A stretch of DNA of 64,000 nt from Gemmatimonadales bacterium (GCA_041615815.1 JBFJCP010000013.1:42704-106703), one strand, 5' to 3'. Positions 50,400 through 59,643 are shown, numbered from the stretch's first letter. A program made the numbers and translations. Notes: generated by a model from the sequence alone, not told the origin.

Positions 50400-51167
50400 A
50401 TGGACTGGCTGACCAATCCCGAGATTTGGATCGCCCTCGTCACGCTGACGTCACTGGAAGTCGTGCTGGGCATCGACAACCTCGTCTTCATCTCGATCCT
50501 CGCCGGGAAGCTGCCCCCGAGCGAGCAGAAGCGGGCTCGCCAAATCGGGCTGGTGGCTGCGATGGTGATGCGGATCCTCTTGCTCCTCTCGCTGGCGTGG
50601 ATCATTCGCCTCACGGCTCCATTGTTCACGGTGCTGGGCCAAGAGATTTCGGGACGCGACCTAATCCTGATCCTCGGAGGCGTGTTCTTGATCGCCAAGG
50701 GGACGAGCGAGATCCACGACAGACTCGAAGGCGAGGAGGGCCATGCCAGCGCCAAGGTGAAAGCCTCGTTCTGGTCGGTGATCACGCAGATCATGATATT
50801 GGACATTGTCTTCTCCCTCGACTCGGTGATCACGGCGGTGGGCATGGTGCGGCAAATCGGCGTGATGGTCGCGGCGGTCCTGATCGCCGTGGGGATCATG
50901 CTTCTTTCCGTGGAGGGGATCAGCCGTTTCATCAGCCGGCGGCCCACCGTCAAGATGTTGGCGCTCAGCTTTCTCCTCTTGGTGGGCTTCACCCTCGTGG
51001 CCGAGGGATTCGACCAGCACATCCCCAAGGGTTACATCTATTTCGCCATGGGCTTTTCCATCTTCGTGGAGGTCTTGAATCTGCGGGTGCGGGCCAAACG
51101 GGCCGCGGCACCCGTTGAGCTCCGGACGCCGTATACCGGAGAGCACCCGACCCAGACGACCGCCTAA
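50400..51167 (+). CDS. TerC family membrane protein
   Basis: LEVVLGIDN, DIVFSLDSVITAVG, KGYIYFAM. Confidence 0.93.
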   Translation: MDWLTNPEIWIALVTLTSLEVVLGIDNLVFISILAGKLPPSEQKRARQIGLVAAMVMRILLLLSLAWIIRLTAPLFTVLGQEISGRDLILILGGVFLIAKGTSEIHDRLEGEEGHASAKVKASFWSVITQIMILDIVFSLDSVITAVGMVRQIGVMVAAVLIAVGIMLLSVEGISRFISRRPTVKMLALSFLLLVGFTLVAEGFDQHIPKGYIYFAMGFSIFVEVLNLRVRAKRAAAPVELRTPYTGEHPTQTTA

Positions 51168-51248
51168 CAGGTCTGGGGACACCTGTGTATCTTTATCCCC
51201 GCCAACAAACGTCTGAGCGGTATCTGCACTACAATCCTCTGAGGAACC

Positions 51249-52547
51249 GTGGGCAAAGACACCCTTTCCGTTACCGATAATCGAACCGGCAACAGTTACG
51301 AGATCCCGATCTCTGACGGCACCATTCGCGCCCTCGATCTCCGTGCGATCAAGGTGAACGACGACGACTTCGGGTTGATGACGTACGACCCGGGGTTCAC
51401 GAACACGGCGTCGTGCCGCAGCGCCATCACCTTCATCGATGGCGGCAAGGGTATCCTCCGGTACCGAGGGTACCCCATCGAGCAGCTCGCCGAGGAGAGT
51501 ACGTTCCTCGAGACGGCGTATCTCCTGCTCTACGGAGAGCTCCCCAACAAAGCGGAGCTGGACCAGTGGATGTACGACATCACCCACCACACCTTCGTGC
51601 ACGAGAACGTCAAGAAGTTCATGGAGGGACTCCGATACGATGCCCACCCCATGGGTGCGTACATCAGTACGGTGGCGGCGCTCTCCACTTTCTATACGGA
51701 CGCTAAGCGTATTCGAGATTCCGAGGCCGCCGACCATCAAGTCCGGCGCCTCATCGCGAAGAGCCCCACGATTGCCGCCTTCGCGTATCGCCATATGGTG
51801 GGGCTGCCGTACGCATATCCGGACAACAGCCTCTCGTATGCCGGGAATTTCTTGAACATGATGTTCAAGACCACAGAACTGAAGTACGAACCGAACCCCG
51901 TGCTCGAGAAAGCGCTCGACGTCCTATTCATCCTCCACGCGGACCACGAACAAAACTGCTCTGCCAACGCCATGCGGAGCGTCGGCTCCAGCGAATCCGA
52001 TCCCTACAGCTCCATGGCCGCGGCGGCCGCGGCGCTTTACGGTCCGCTGCACGGCGGTGCCAACGAGATGGTGCTGCGGATGCTCCGGGAGATCGGGAGC
52101 ACGAAGAACATCCCGGATTACGTGAAACGAGTCAAAAACCGTGAAGTGCGCCTGATGGGGTTCGGCCACAGGGTGTACAAGAACTACGACCCCCGGGCCC
52201 AGATCATCAAGCGGATTGCCCATGAGGTCTTTGCGGTCACGGGGAAAAACCCCCTCATCGACATCGCGGTGGAGCTCGAGCGGATTGCGCTGAAGGACGA
52301 CTTCTTCATTTCGCGAAGCCTGTACCCCAACGTCGACTTCTACTCCGGCATCATCTACGAGGCGATGCGGTTCCCCGTGGAGATGTTCCCGGTCCTGTTT
52401 GCCATCGGCCGAACAGCGGGCTGGCTCGCCCAGTGGAAGGAGTTGATGTCGGACGACGAGCAGCGGATCGCGCGGCCCCGACAGATCTATATTGGGAGTG
52501 GGGAGCGGGATTACGTGCCGATTGGGAAGAGGAAGGGGAGGAAGTAA
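51249..52547 (+). CDS. gltA: Citrate synthase
   Basis: LHADHEQNCS, GPLHGGAN, GFGHRVYK, YPNVDFYSG. Confidence 0.95.
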   Translation: MGKDTLSVTDNRTGNSYEIPISDGTIRALDLRAIKVNDDDFGLMTYDPGFTNTASCRSAITFIDGGKGILRYRGYPIEQLAEESTFLETAYLLLYGELPNKAELDQWMYDITHHTFVHENVKKFMEGLRYDAHPMGAYISTVAALSTFYTDAKRIRDSEAADHQVRRLIAKSPTIAAFAYRHMVGLPYAYPDNSLSYAGNFLNMMFKTTELKYEPNPVLEKALDVLFILHADHEQNCSANAMRSVGSSESDPYSSMAAAAAALYGPLHGGANEMVLRMLREIGSTKNIPDYVKRVKNREVRLMGFGHRVYKNYDPRAQIIKRIAHEVFAVTGKNPLIDIAVELERIALKDDFFISRSLYPNVDFYSGIIYEAMRFPVEMFPVLFAIGRTAGWLAQWKELMSDDEQRIARPRQIYIGSGERDYVPIGKRKGRK

Positions 52548-52590
52548 GGGCGCAACTGGGCAGAGGCGGTTCTCCGACGGAATCCTCGAG

Positions 52591-54426
52591 CTACGGAATC
52601 CTCAGGCCCGGGATCCCACGCGTGACCCGTCGGAGCTCCTCTTCGAGCCGACTCCTCAAGTCCTGAGCTTCCTGGAGTTGCTGACCGACGACCTGCTCGA
52701 CCTCCGTCCGCACAGCCTGGAGCCGAGCCCGCGCCTCGGTAATGCGCGGCTGAACCAGCCGGTCCACCTCCGCCCGGACTTGCTGCTCCGCTCGCTGGAT
52801 CTCCGCGCCTAGCTCCCGGCGGAGACTCGCGGCCAAGGCATCGGCCAGATTCGTCCGCACGTAGAGCGCAGGGCGCTCGATACGACCGCGGAGACCCATA
52901 TCGATCTCCACCTGCCGGATCCCCGCGAGCGTTCGCCACAAGAGATCTCGGCCCCACGCCGCCGTCCCGACCCGAAGCGATGCCACCACCGAGTCCCGAC
53001 GCACCCACGTGACCGCGTTGGCCACCCACTCCAACTGGGCATCCAACTGATCACCCACTCGGGACAATGAGAACCGCGCGTTTCCCTGCCCCAGCTCGAG
53101 CCGACCACCTACGACATCGAGATCGATGCCGGGCAAGCCAACCCCACTCAACTGGAGCATCACCGAGTCCCGCAGCGGCCGCTCGCCGTGTGCGAGCTGG
53201 GCTGCGAGACGCACGTCCCGCGGTCCTCGGACCGCCCCCGTGCGGGCGGCCGCTATCTCGATCGGTCGCCCGTACAGCGCTGGGGCGGAGGAGAGGCCAC
53301 GCACCAACGCCACATAGTTTCCGGCCTCCGTTCCGGTCCCGCCAATGGCGAAATCCGTCTCACCATGCAGGAGGAGGAACCGTGGATAGGTGGCCCGACC
53401 GGGATAATGGACCGTGGTTCCCGGAGCCCGCGCCCGTCTCGGGCCGGGGAACCGCTTCGGGTCCAGTCCAGGAGGGACGAATCGCTCGGCGGCACGGACC
53501 CAGTAGAGCACCGGCTTCATCCAGGTCACCGCCGTCTCGCCAAACAACCCCGGGGAAAGACTCGGGGCTTCGAGCGATGGCAGCCGCAACAGGCTCCGCG
53601 CATACGCCAGATCGGCGTCCCGAGTCGCTGCGAACTCCCCCACGTTCGCTTGGAGGGCGCCTACGCCGGCTCGGACGGCGCTGTCGAGGCTCGCGAGACG
53701 GTCCCGCAAGCCGGTGATTCCCGAGAGACGCGCCCGGCCGTCGTTTACCAGGCTGGTCACGCCGGCGATCCCGAGCTGAACCGGGTTCGCGTTCTCGAGG
53801 CGCCGCACGAATGCGCGGGCAGAATCCAGTTGCGGCCTGGGATCCAGGGCGACCAGGCGGCTCTCCCATGCACCTCGCATCGAGTCCACACGCGCCACCA
53901 TGGCCCGGGCGTGTGCGAGGGTGCGGAGACTGTCCGCGCTCAGCGCACTCACATCCACCACGCCGCCAAGGCCTTCCAGGCTCAGGGACGGGATTCTGAT
54001 GCGGTCCGCCCAGGAATTGACTTCTCGCCAGAGCTGGCCACTGCCCGGCGGCGGATTCTCGAGTGCGCCCGACGTGGCTCGAGGCGTACCGAAGCGGACA
54101 CCCCGGATGGCCAGGGTCTCGACTACCACCTTCTTCTCGAGAAGTGGTGGCATCATCACGTTGGCGACGACCTCACGCGCCTCGACGAGATTCGTCATGG
54201 GCGCGTCGGGATTGGCGACTTGGAGCCCTCGCAGGACGACCACGCCGTCGCCCACCCGAACGTCAGCCTCGCCGACATCGACCTTCGCTCCCACGATCGA
54301 AGCGCCCGCCTCCTCCACCCCCTTGGCGACCAACCGATCGAGGAGGAGCCACCAACCCACCACCAGCAGCACGAGGAGGAGAACCATCGGAATGAATGCG
54401 CGGAGCCGCAGCAAGCGTTTCAGCAT
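52591..54426 (-). CDS. TIGR03545 family (AsmA-like) protein
   Basis: N-terminal TM; GAKVDV, LQVANPDAPMTNL, FGTPRATSG; adjacent to TIGR03546. Confidence 0.8.
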   Translation of the reverse strand: MLKRLLRLRAFIPMVLLLVLLVVGWWLLLDRLVAKGVEEAGASIVGAKVDVGEADVRVGDGVVVLRGLQVANPDAPMTNLVEAREVVANVMMPPLLEKKVVVETLAIRGVRFGTPRATSGALENPPPGSGQLWREVNSWADRIRIPSLSLEGLGGVVDVSALSADSLRTLAHARAMVARVDSMRGAWESRLVALDPRPQLDSARAFVRRLENANPVQLGIAGVTSLVNDGRARLSGITGLRDRLASLDSAVRAGVGALQANVGEFAATRDADLAYARSLLRLPSLEAPSLSPGLFGETAVTWMKPVLYWVRAAERFVPPGLDPKRFPGPRRARAPGTTVHYPGRATYPRFLLLHGETDFAIGGTGTEAGNYVALVRGLSSAPALYGRPIEIAAARTGAVRGPRDVRLAAQLAHGERPLRDSVMLQLSGVGLPGIDLDVVGGRLELGQGNARFSLSRVGDQLDAQLEWVANAVTWVRRDSVVASLRVGTAAWGRDLLWRTLAGIRQVEIDMGLRGRIERPALYVRTNLADALAASLRRELGAEIQRAEQQVRAEVDRLVQPRITEARARLQAVRTEVEQVVGQQLQEAQDLRSRLEEELRRVTRGIPGLRIP

Positions 54427-54429
54427 TCG

Positions 54430-54948
54430 CTAGGGTCGAAACAGTTTATAGACGTTGTACAGCTTGGATGCCCGAATAGCCTTGAAGAATCTGGCGTCCT
54501 TGTAGCGAGCATAGACCGTCGCTCGGTATCGCCCCACCCCCCAGCGTGTCAGCAGAAAGATGGGAAACGCCAGCACCAACCAGCTTACGAGACTCCCCAA
54601 CACCACACTATTGGTCAGGTTCGTCAGCGCGAGCACAGGGGTGTTATAGATCGTTGACCACGTGGCGGAGAGGGCGGGCACCTCCATGAGGAGTGCGCGT
54701 CCAACAGCATCAAACACGGGATCGAGCGCAAACCCGAGGGGCACACACAAGAACCATCCCAGGAGTGCGCCGGGTACCGAGACGTTCAGCAACAGGACGG
54801 CGATGAGCACGAGCACGTTGTGGATGTTGATGAGGGGTGTGAGCCCCACGGCGGCCCCGAGCGCCATCCCGGCCCCAACCTGCCCCGGGGTCCCTTCAGA
54901 ATTGAGCGCTTTGACGAGGCTCTGTATCAGCTTGATGAGCCAGTACAT
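54430..54948 (-). CDS. TIGR03546 family membrane protein
   Basis: ALNSEGTPGQ, GLTP, LDP.FD.VG, TNSVVLGS. Confidence 0.85.
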   Translation of the reverse strand: MYWLIKLIQSLVKALNSEGTPGQVGAGMALGAAVGLTPLINIHNVLVLIAVLLLNVSVPGALLGWFLCVPLGFALDPVFDAVGRALLMEVPALSATWSTIYNTPVLALTNLTNSVVLGSLVSWLVLAFPIFLLTRWGVGRYRATVYARYKDARFFKAIRASKLYNVYKLFRP

Positions 54949-54983
54949 GGGAGAAGTCTTGGGGGGTCGTTGGGGGATTGTCT

Positions 54984-55036
54984 AGGGGCAGGGGCAGGAG
55001 GGGATAGGAGGGGCAGGAGAGGCAGGAGAGGCAGAA
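54984..55036. repeat. Purine-rich 9-mer array, left arm of four-helix-bundle cassette 1
   Basis: GGGGCAGGA GGGGATAGGA GGGGCAGGA GAGGCAGGA GAGGCAGAA. Confidence 0.8.
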
Positions 55037-55054
55037 GTCGTTTCCGGCCTGGGA

Positions 55055-55409
55055 TCAACGCCTCCCTCTCTTGAGCAAAGCAAAGAGGCCTGCTGCCATC
55101 CGCCGTCGCAGCGAGTCTATTCCCTGGAGCAAGGAGTCGTCGAGTTGATAGAGAGTTGGCAACGTACACCGCATCGAGTCGACCTCGGCCAAACTTGAGA
55201 TCGCGATGTCAAAGAAGCGGCGTCGTTCGCGGCCTACCTAAACGCGCGTTTCCTTCGGCAATGTTGTTCTGAATGGACCAAGCTGCACGTCGGAGCTGTG
55301 GAGTCGCTACGAAGCGTTCGTCCTTAGGCAGGCTTTTCGTAAGCTGGTAAACGAGACGAATGAGCTCGCCGGCCATATTCCACACCTCGAGCCGCCGGTG
55401 AAGATTCAT
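55055..55409 (-). pseudogene. Four-helix-bundle protein (TIGR02436 / 23S rRNA-IVP family) with a single +1 frameshift
   Basis: LEVW, QLRRAAWSIQNNIAEG; continues in the shifted frame as ERRRFFDIAISSLAEVDSM...LLKRGRR*; 355 nt = 118 codons + 1. Confidence 0.85.
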
Positions 55410-55483
55410 GGCGCCAAAATAGGATTGACAGCTGCGGCACCTGGCTCGTTCCTACGCGTCCAACATCATTGATACGCCTCTAG

Positions 55484-55550
55484 CTGACTCCTCTGACTCT
55501 GCTGCCTCCGCTGCCCCATCTGCCCCCCTCCTGCCCCTGCGGCCCCTCTC
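55484..55550. repeat. Pyrimidine-rich 9-mer array, right (inverted) arm of cassette 1
   Basis: CTGACTCCT CTGACTCTG CTGCCTCCG CTGCCCCAT CTGCCCCCCT CCTGCCCCT; its reverse complement contains AGGGGCAGGAGGGG, identical to the left arm. Confidence 0.8.
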
Positions 55551-55564
55551 TGTAAATTCCCCCC

Positions 55565-57724
55565 ATGCCGATTCGATCTCTCGACGCCATCCTGCGCCCC
55601 AGCTCGATTGCCGTCATCGGGGCCTCACGCCAACCCAACACCATCGGTTGGCACATCATCGACAATCTGCTGAAGCATGGCTTTCAGGGCCCCCTCTACC
55701 CCGTCAACCCCAAGGCCCGTTCCATTCATTCCATTCCGGCCTTCCCGTCCATCGCCGACGTGCCCGGACCGGTGGATCTGGCCGTCATCGCGGTACCGAA
55801 AGAGTATGTCGTGGAGGTGGCCACGCAGTGCGCTGAGTGCGGGGTCAAAGGACTCGTGGTGATCTCTGCCGGGTTCAAGGAGGTGGGTGGCCCGGGTGTG
55901 CAACGGGAAGAGGAGCTGCTCGCCGTCACTCGCAAATCGGGCATGCGGATGGTGGGCCCCAACTGCCTCGGCGTGATCAACACGGAGCCGGACGTGCAAA
56001 TGAACGCGACCTTCGCACCCAACATGCCACCGCCCGGTCCGGTGGCGTTCATCAGTCAGTCGGGCGCGATGGGTCTCAGCGTGTTGGACTATGCGCAGAG
56101 CCTTGGCATTGGGGTTTCCATGTTCGTCTCGTCGGGGAACAAGGCGGACGTGAGTGGGAACGATCTCCTCGAGTATTGGCAAGACGACCCGGCCACGCAG
56201 GTCATCCTCATGTACATCGAGAGCTTCGGAAAGCCGGCGAGATTCGTGGAGTTGGGACGGGAGATCACCCGCGAAAAACCCATCTGCATCGTGAAGTCCG
56301 GCCGCACCGGTGCCGGGCAACGCGCGGCGGCCTCGCACACGGGCGCGCTTGCCGGAACGGAGTTGGCTACCGACGCGATCATCGGACAGGCCGGGGCCAT
56401 TCGGGCGCAGACCGTCGAGGAGCTGTTCGACCTCGCCATGGCGTTCTCGAATCAACCCCTGCCGGCGGGTAACCGCGTGGCGATCGTGACCAATGCGGGG
56501 GGGCCGGGAATCATCATCGCGGACGCCTGCGAGTCATTTGGGCTCGAAATCCTGCGACTCTCGCTCGAGACGGAAGAGCAACTGCGTGCCAAGCTTCCCG
56601 AGGAGGCAAGCGTCAAGAACCCCGTGGACCTGATCGCATCCGCCACACCCAAGAGCTACGAGTTTGCCCTCAAGTGTGTGTTCGACGACGAGACCGTGGA
56701 TGCGGCCATCGCGGCGTTCGTCCCGCCACTCGGGATTCAGGCCAAGGACGTCGCCGAGGCCATCGTTCGAGTCAACAAACAACACCCGGAAAAACCGTTG
56801 CTGGCCGTCTTGATGGGGAAGGAGGGTGTCCCCGCCGGCATGGCCGAACTGCACGAGGCGCGTGTCCCCGCGTACATCTTCCCCGAATCGGCGGCCAGGG
56901 CGCTCGGGGCGATGTGGCGCCAGCGCCGTCGCCTGCAGCGGTCACGCGGACGGATCGTCGAATTCGACACCGATGACCGGAAGGTCGAGCGTATTCTCGA
57001 CGCCACCTTGGCCGAGGGACGCGCCAAGCTCTCCGAGCCGAATGCGCTCCGTCTCCTCGAGGCCTATGGCATCGCGGTGTTGCCCTGGGAGTTCGTGTCG
57101 AAGGAAGGACCGGGAAGCTTACCGTCGACGACTGCCGACGCCGCATCCGGTATCGGGTTCCCCGTCGCCATTAAGATCGTGAGTCCCGAGATCGTTCACA
57201 AGACGGATGTTGGCGGCGTTCGGTTGGGCCTCAAGTCCAAGACCGAGGTCGAGCGGGCAGTCCGCGAAATGATCAAGCGGGTGCGGGAATGGGGAGCGAA
57301 GAGCGGGGAGCCGGGAGCAGGACGGCATGACGAACCAGCGATTTCCGGGGTGTTAGTGCAGCAGATGGCGGACGGGGGAACCGAGACCATCGTGGGACTC
57401 ACCCGGGTTCCGGGTGTGGGGCCGCTGGTCATGTTCGGACTCGGCGGGATCTATGTTGAGGTGATGCGAGACGTGGTGCTCCGGTTGAGTCCGGTTCGCG
57501 ATAGCGACGCGGAGGAGATGGTTGCGGGCGTCCGGCTCCACAAGCTCCTCGAAGGGGTGCGCGGCCAGCGCCCGCGTGACAAGCGAGCACTGGTGGAAGC
57601 GATCCTCCGACTTTCACAGCTCGCGCAGCGACACCCCCGGATCGCCGAAATGGACATCAATCCACTCCTGGCCCTTGAGGAGGGGAGCGTGGCGATCGAT
57701 GCCAGAGTGCAGTTGCACAAGTGA
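55565..57724 (+). CDS. Acetate--CoA ligase (ADP-forming) family, CoA-binding plus ATP-grasp fusion
   Basis: SIAVIGAS, GPNCLG, SQSGA, GNKADV, ASHTGALAG, HKTDVGGV, EMDINP. Confidence 0.92.
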   Translation: MPIRSLDAILRPSSIAVIGASRQPNTIGWHIIDNLLKHGFQGPLYPVNPKARSIHSIPAFPSIADVPGPVDLAVIAVPKEYVVEVATQCAECGVKGLVVISAGFKEVGGPGVQREEELLAVTRKSGMRMVGPNCLGVINTEPDVQMNATFAPNMPPPGPVAFISQSGAMGLSVLDYAQSLGIGVSMFVSSGNKADVSGNDLLEYWQDDPATQVILMYIESFGKPARFVELGREITREKPICIVKSGRTGAGQRAAASHTGALAGTELATDAIIGQAGAIRAQTVEELFDLAMAFSNQPLPAGNRVAIVTNAGGPGIIIADACESFGLEILRLSLETEEQLRAKLPEEASVKNPVDLIASATPKSYEFALKCVFDDETVDAAIAAFVPPLGIQAKDVAEAIVRVNKQHPEKPLLAVLMGKEGVPAGMAELHEARVPAYIFPESAARALGAMWRQRRRLQRSRGRIVEFDTDDRKVERILDATLAEGRAKLSEPNALRLLEAYGIAVLPWEFVSKEGPGSLPSTTADAASGIGFPVAIKIVSPEIVHKTDVGGVRLGLKSKTEVERAVREMIKRVREWGAKSGEPGAGRHDEPAISGVLVQQMADGGTETIVGLTRVPGVGPLVMFGLGGIYVEVMRDVVLRLSPVRDSDAEEMVAGVRLHKLLEGVRGQRPRDKRALVEAILRLSQLAQRHPRIAEMDINPLLALEEGSVAIDARVQLHK
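57285..57326 (+). repeat. In-frame 6 x 7-mer array inside the acetate--CoA ligase
   Basis: GGGAATG GGGAGCG AAGAGCG GGGAGCC GGGAGCA GGACGGC (42 nt), same unit type as the cassette 2 arms. Confidence 0.7.
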
Positions 57725-57808
57725 GAGCGCAGAGGACAGAGGTGTGAGCGGCGAGAAGAAAATGGCCGTTCGGCCGTTTTCAGTTCTAACGGACGGGAAA
57801 TCACCGAC

Positions 57809-58711
57809 ATGAATGTCTTTCTGACTGGCGGAACCGGCTTCATCGGACGCAAACTCGTGCGCCGATTGATCGATGAAGGCCACAAGTGTGTCGTGGTGTC
57901 GCGATCTGGCAGCAACCCGTGGAAACACGATGCCGTGCGGGTCATCGAGGGCAATCCATCGGAACCGGGGTCGTGGCAGGAAGAAGTGGCCAGCGCGGGT
58001 GCGGTGTTCAACCTCGCAGGAGAGCCACTCGTGGATCCGCTCAATCGCTGGACGGACGCGCGCAAGGCTACCCTTCGAACGAGTCGGGTCGACACCACCC
58101 GACACGTCGCGCAGGCCATTCGCAACGCCACCGAGGCGCCGGCGGTGCTCGTGAGCTCCTCCGCGGTCGGCTATTACGGGGATGCGGGGGACACCGAGTT
58201 GGACGAGAACTCACCAACCGGCAACGACTTTCTCGCCCATCTCTCCCTCGAGTGGGAGCGTGCGGCCTTGGATGCGGCATCGCGAACGCGGGTGGTGCTG
58301 GCGCGGACCGGCATGGTGCTGGCACCTGGCGGAGGTGTGCTCGAGCCGTTGCTCCCCCTCTTCAAACTGGGCCTCGGAGGGCCGTGGGGTAGCGGCAAGC
58401 AGTGGTGGCCATGGATTCACATGGCGGACGAAGTGGGGTTGTTGCGGTTTGCCATGGATCACGACGTCTCGGGAGCGGTCAATCTGACTGCTCCGAGTCC
58501 CGTGACGGTCAACGAATTCGCCAAGGCACTGGGGAATGCCCTCAAGCGACCCTCGTTCTTGCGGGCGCCGGAAGCGGCCCTTCGTCTGGCGTTGGGAGAA
58601 GCCGCGGATGCATTACTCGCCTCGCTCAGAGTCTTGCCGAGGCGCGCACTCGAGGCCGGCTATCAGTTTCAATTCCCGACGCTCGAGCCCGCGCTCGCGG
58701 ATCTGTTTTAG
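57809..58711 (+). CDS. TIGR01777 family NAD-dependent epimerase-like oxidoreductase
   Basis: TGGTGFIG, NLAGE, SSSAVGYYG, GSGKQWWPWIH. Confidence 0.92.
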   Translation: MNVFLTGGTGFIGRKLVRRLIDEGHKCVVVSRSGSNPWKHDAVRVIEGNPSEPGSWQEEVASAGAVFNLAGEPLVDPLNRWTDARKATLRTSRVDTTRHVAQAIRNATEAPAVLVSSSAVGYYGDAGDTELDENSPTGNDFLAHLSLEWERAALDAASRTRVVLARTGMVLAPGGGVLEPLLPLFKLGLGGPWGSGKQWWPWIHMADEVGLLRFAMDHDVSGAVNLTAPSPVTVNEFAKALGNALKRPSFLRAPEAALRLALGEAADALLASLRVLPRRALEAGYQFQFPTLEPALADLF

Positions 58712-58750
58712 GGCGGGGAGCAGGGAGCAGGGAGCGGGGAGCAGGGGGGG
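58712..58750. repeat. 7-mer array, left arm of four-helix-bundle cassette 2
   Basis: GGGAGCA GGGAGCA GGGAGCG GGGAGCA. Confidence 0.85.
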
Positions 58751-58756
58751 AACCGA

Positions 58757-59122
58757 TCATCCGTTACGAGGACGACTCAGGCTTCGTATGAGGCCGAAAA
58801 GGGTGGCGGCCGTCTTGTCGGCTACGGACTGGAGCTCTGTTGCAGTTGCACTCTGCAGATAGCCGCGTTCGACAACCAGTGTGAGAAGTTGTTGTACTTC
58901 TACGGCCGATCCCAACGCGATCCGGAGCTGCCGCCGGAACGTGGGCGTTGTACCGTAAGCGTATCCCTCGGCGATGTTCAGTTGTACGGATATCGCCGCG
59001 CGCCGAAGGTGGTCGAAGACTGGATGTCGTCCCCGAGATCCCAGCCCATCCGTGGTCTCGAGTACACCGAGGCACAATTGATGAGCATGTTGCCACGCGG
59101 CGAGTGATTTGAATTTGTCCAC
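58757..59122 (-). CDS. Four-helix-bundle protein (TIGR02436 / 23S rRNA-IVP family)
   Basis: FKSLAAWQ, HLRRAAISVQLNIAEG, IALGSAVEV, LFGLIRSL. Confidence 0.9.
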   Translation of the reverse strand: MDKFKSLAAWQHAHQLCLGVLETTDGLGSRGRHPVFDHLRRAAISVQLNIAEGYAYGTTPTFRRQLRIALGSAVEVQQLLTLVVERGYLQSATATELQSVADKTAATLFGLIRSLSRPRNG

Positions 59123-59183
59123 GCGGTAACGTTGTACCCAGAGCGGTGCCGATCTTCCATCGTTCTTGTGCGCCGATGATCAA

Positions 59184-59259
59184 TCCCGCTCCCCGCTCCC
59201 CGCTCCCTGCTCCGAGCTCCCTGCTCCGAGCTCCCCGCTCCCCGCCCCCTGCTCCCCGT
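59184..59259. repeat. Inverted 7-mer array, right arm of cassette 2
   Basis: About 10 units of CCCCGCT / CCCTGCT / CCGAGCT, the reverse complement of the left-arm unit. Confidence 0.85.
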
Positions 59260-59261
59260 TG

Positions 59262-59537
59262 TCACATCCCCGGCAGCCTCCGTGTGTCCTTCGCTCCATG
59301 CGCCACGCCAACCCCCACGCCGGTTCCAAAGACGAGCGCCGAGATCGTGCCGACCACGGGCAGGAGCGCCACGACCGGGGCGGCCACGAGCGCGGCGGCC
59401 GCACCGGTAATGAGCGGGGCAGCCGGCTTTTTCACGGCATCAACGTAGCGGAGCTTGCCACGGACGAATTGCCGTGTCTTGAGATATCCGATGGCCGTTG
59501 CCGCACCAGTGCCGGCCAGCCAAAGCAGTTCGATCAT
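59262..59537 (-). CDS. Small hypothetical membrane protein
   Basis: GGAGG RBS; RQFVRGKLRYVDAV followed by Gly/Ala-rich TM segments. Confidence 0.8.
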   Translation of the reverse strand: MIELLWLAGTGAATAIGYLKTRQFVRGKLRYVDAVKKPAAPLITGAAAALVAAPVVALLPVVGTISALVFGTGVGVGVAHGAKDTRRLPGM

Positions 59538-59560
59538 GGTATCCTCCCTCTGTTACACCT

Positions 59561-59587
59561 GACGGGTACCCGCCGCCCCAGGTTTCA
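59561..59587 (-). promoter_or_regulatory. ECF-sigma-type promoter candidate
   Basis: TGAAAC-N17-CGTC on the minus strand, 24 nt upstream of ATG59537. Confidence 0.4.
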
Positions 59588-59643
59588 TCCGGGCCTGGCA
59601 ATCACCTTGACCGGCATCAGTCACGGAGCCACCATTCGGGACC

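Noticed and set aside
58712..59259. Repeat arrays as CRISPR
   Set aside because: Units are 7-9 nt, contiguous, without unique spacers; no cas genes are present.
54984..59259. Diversity-generating retroelement (because of Avd-like genes)
   Set aside because: No reverse transcriptase and no TR/VR repeat pair seen in the window.
54984..59259. Composite transposon carrying the ligase and epimerase
   Set aside because: The two cassettes have different repeat units and divergent proteins; no transposase or target-site duplication seen.
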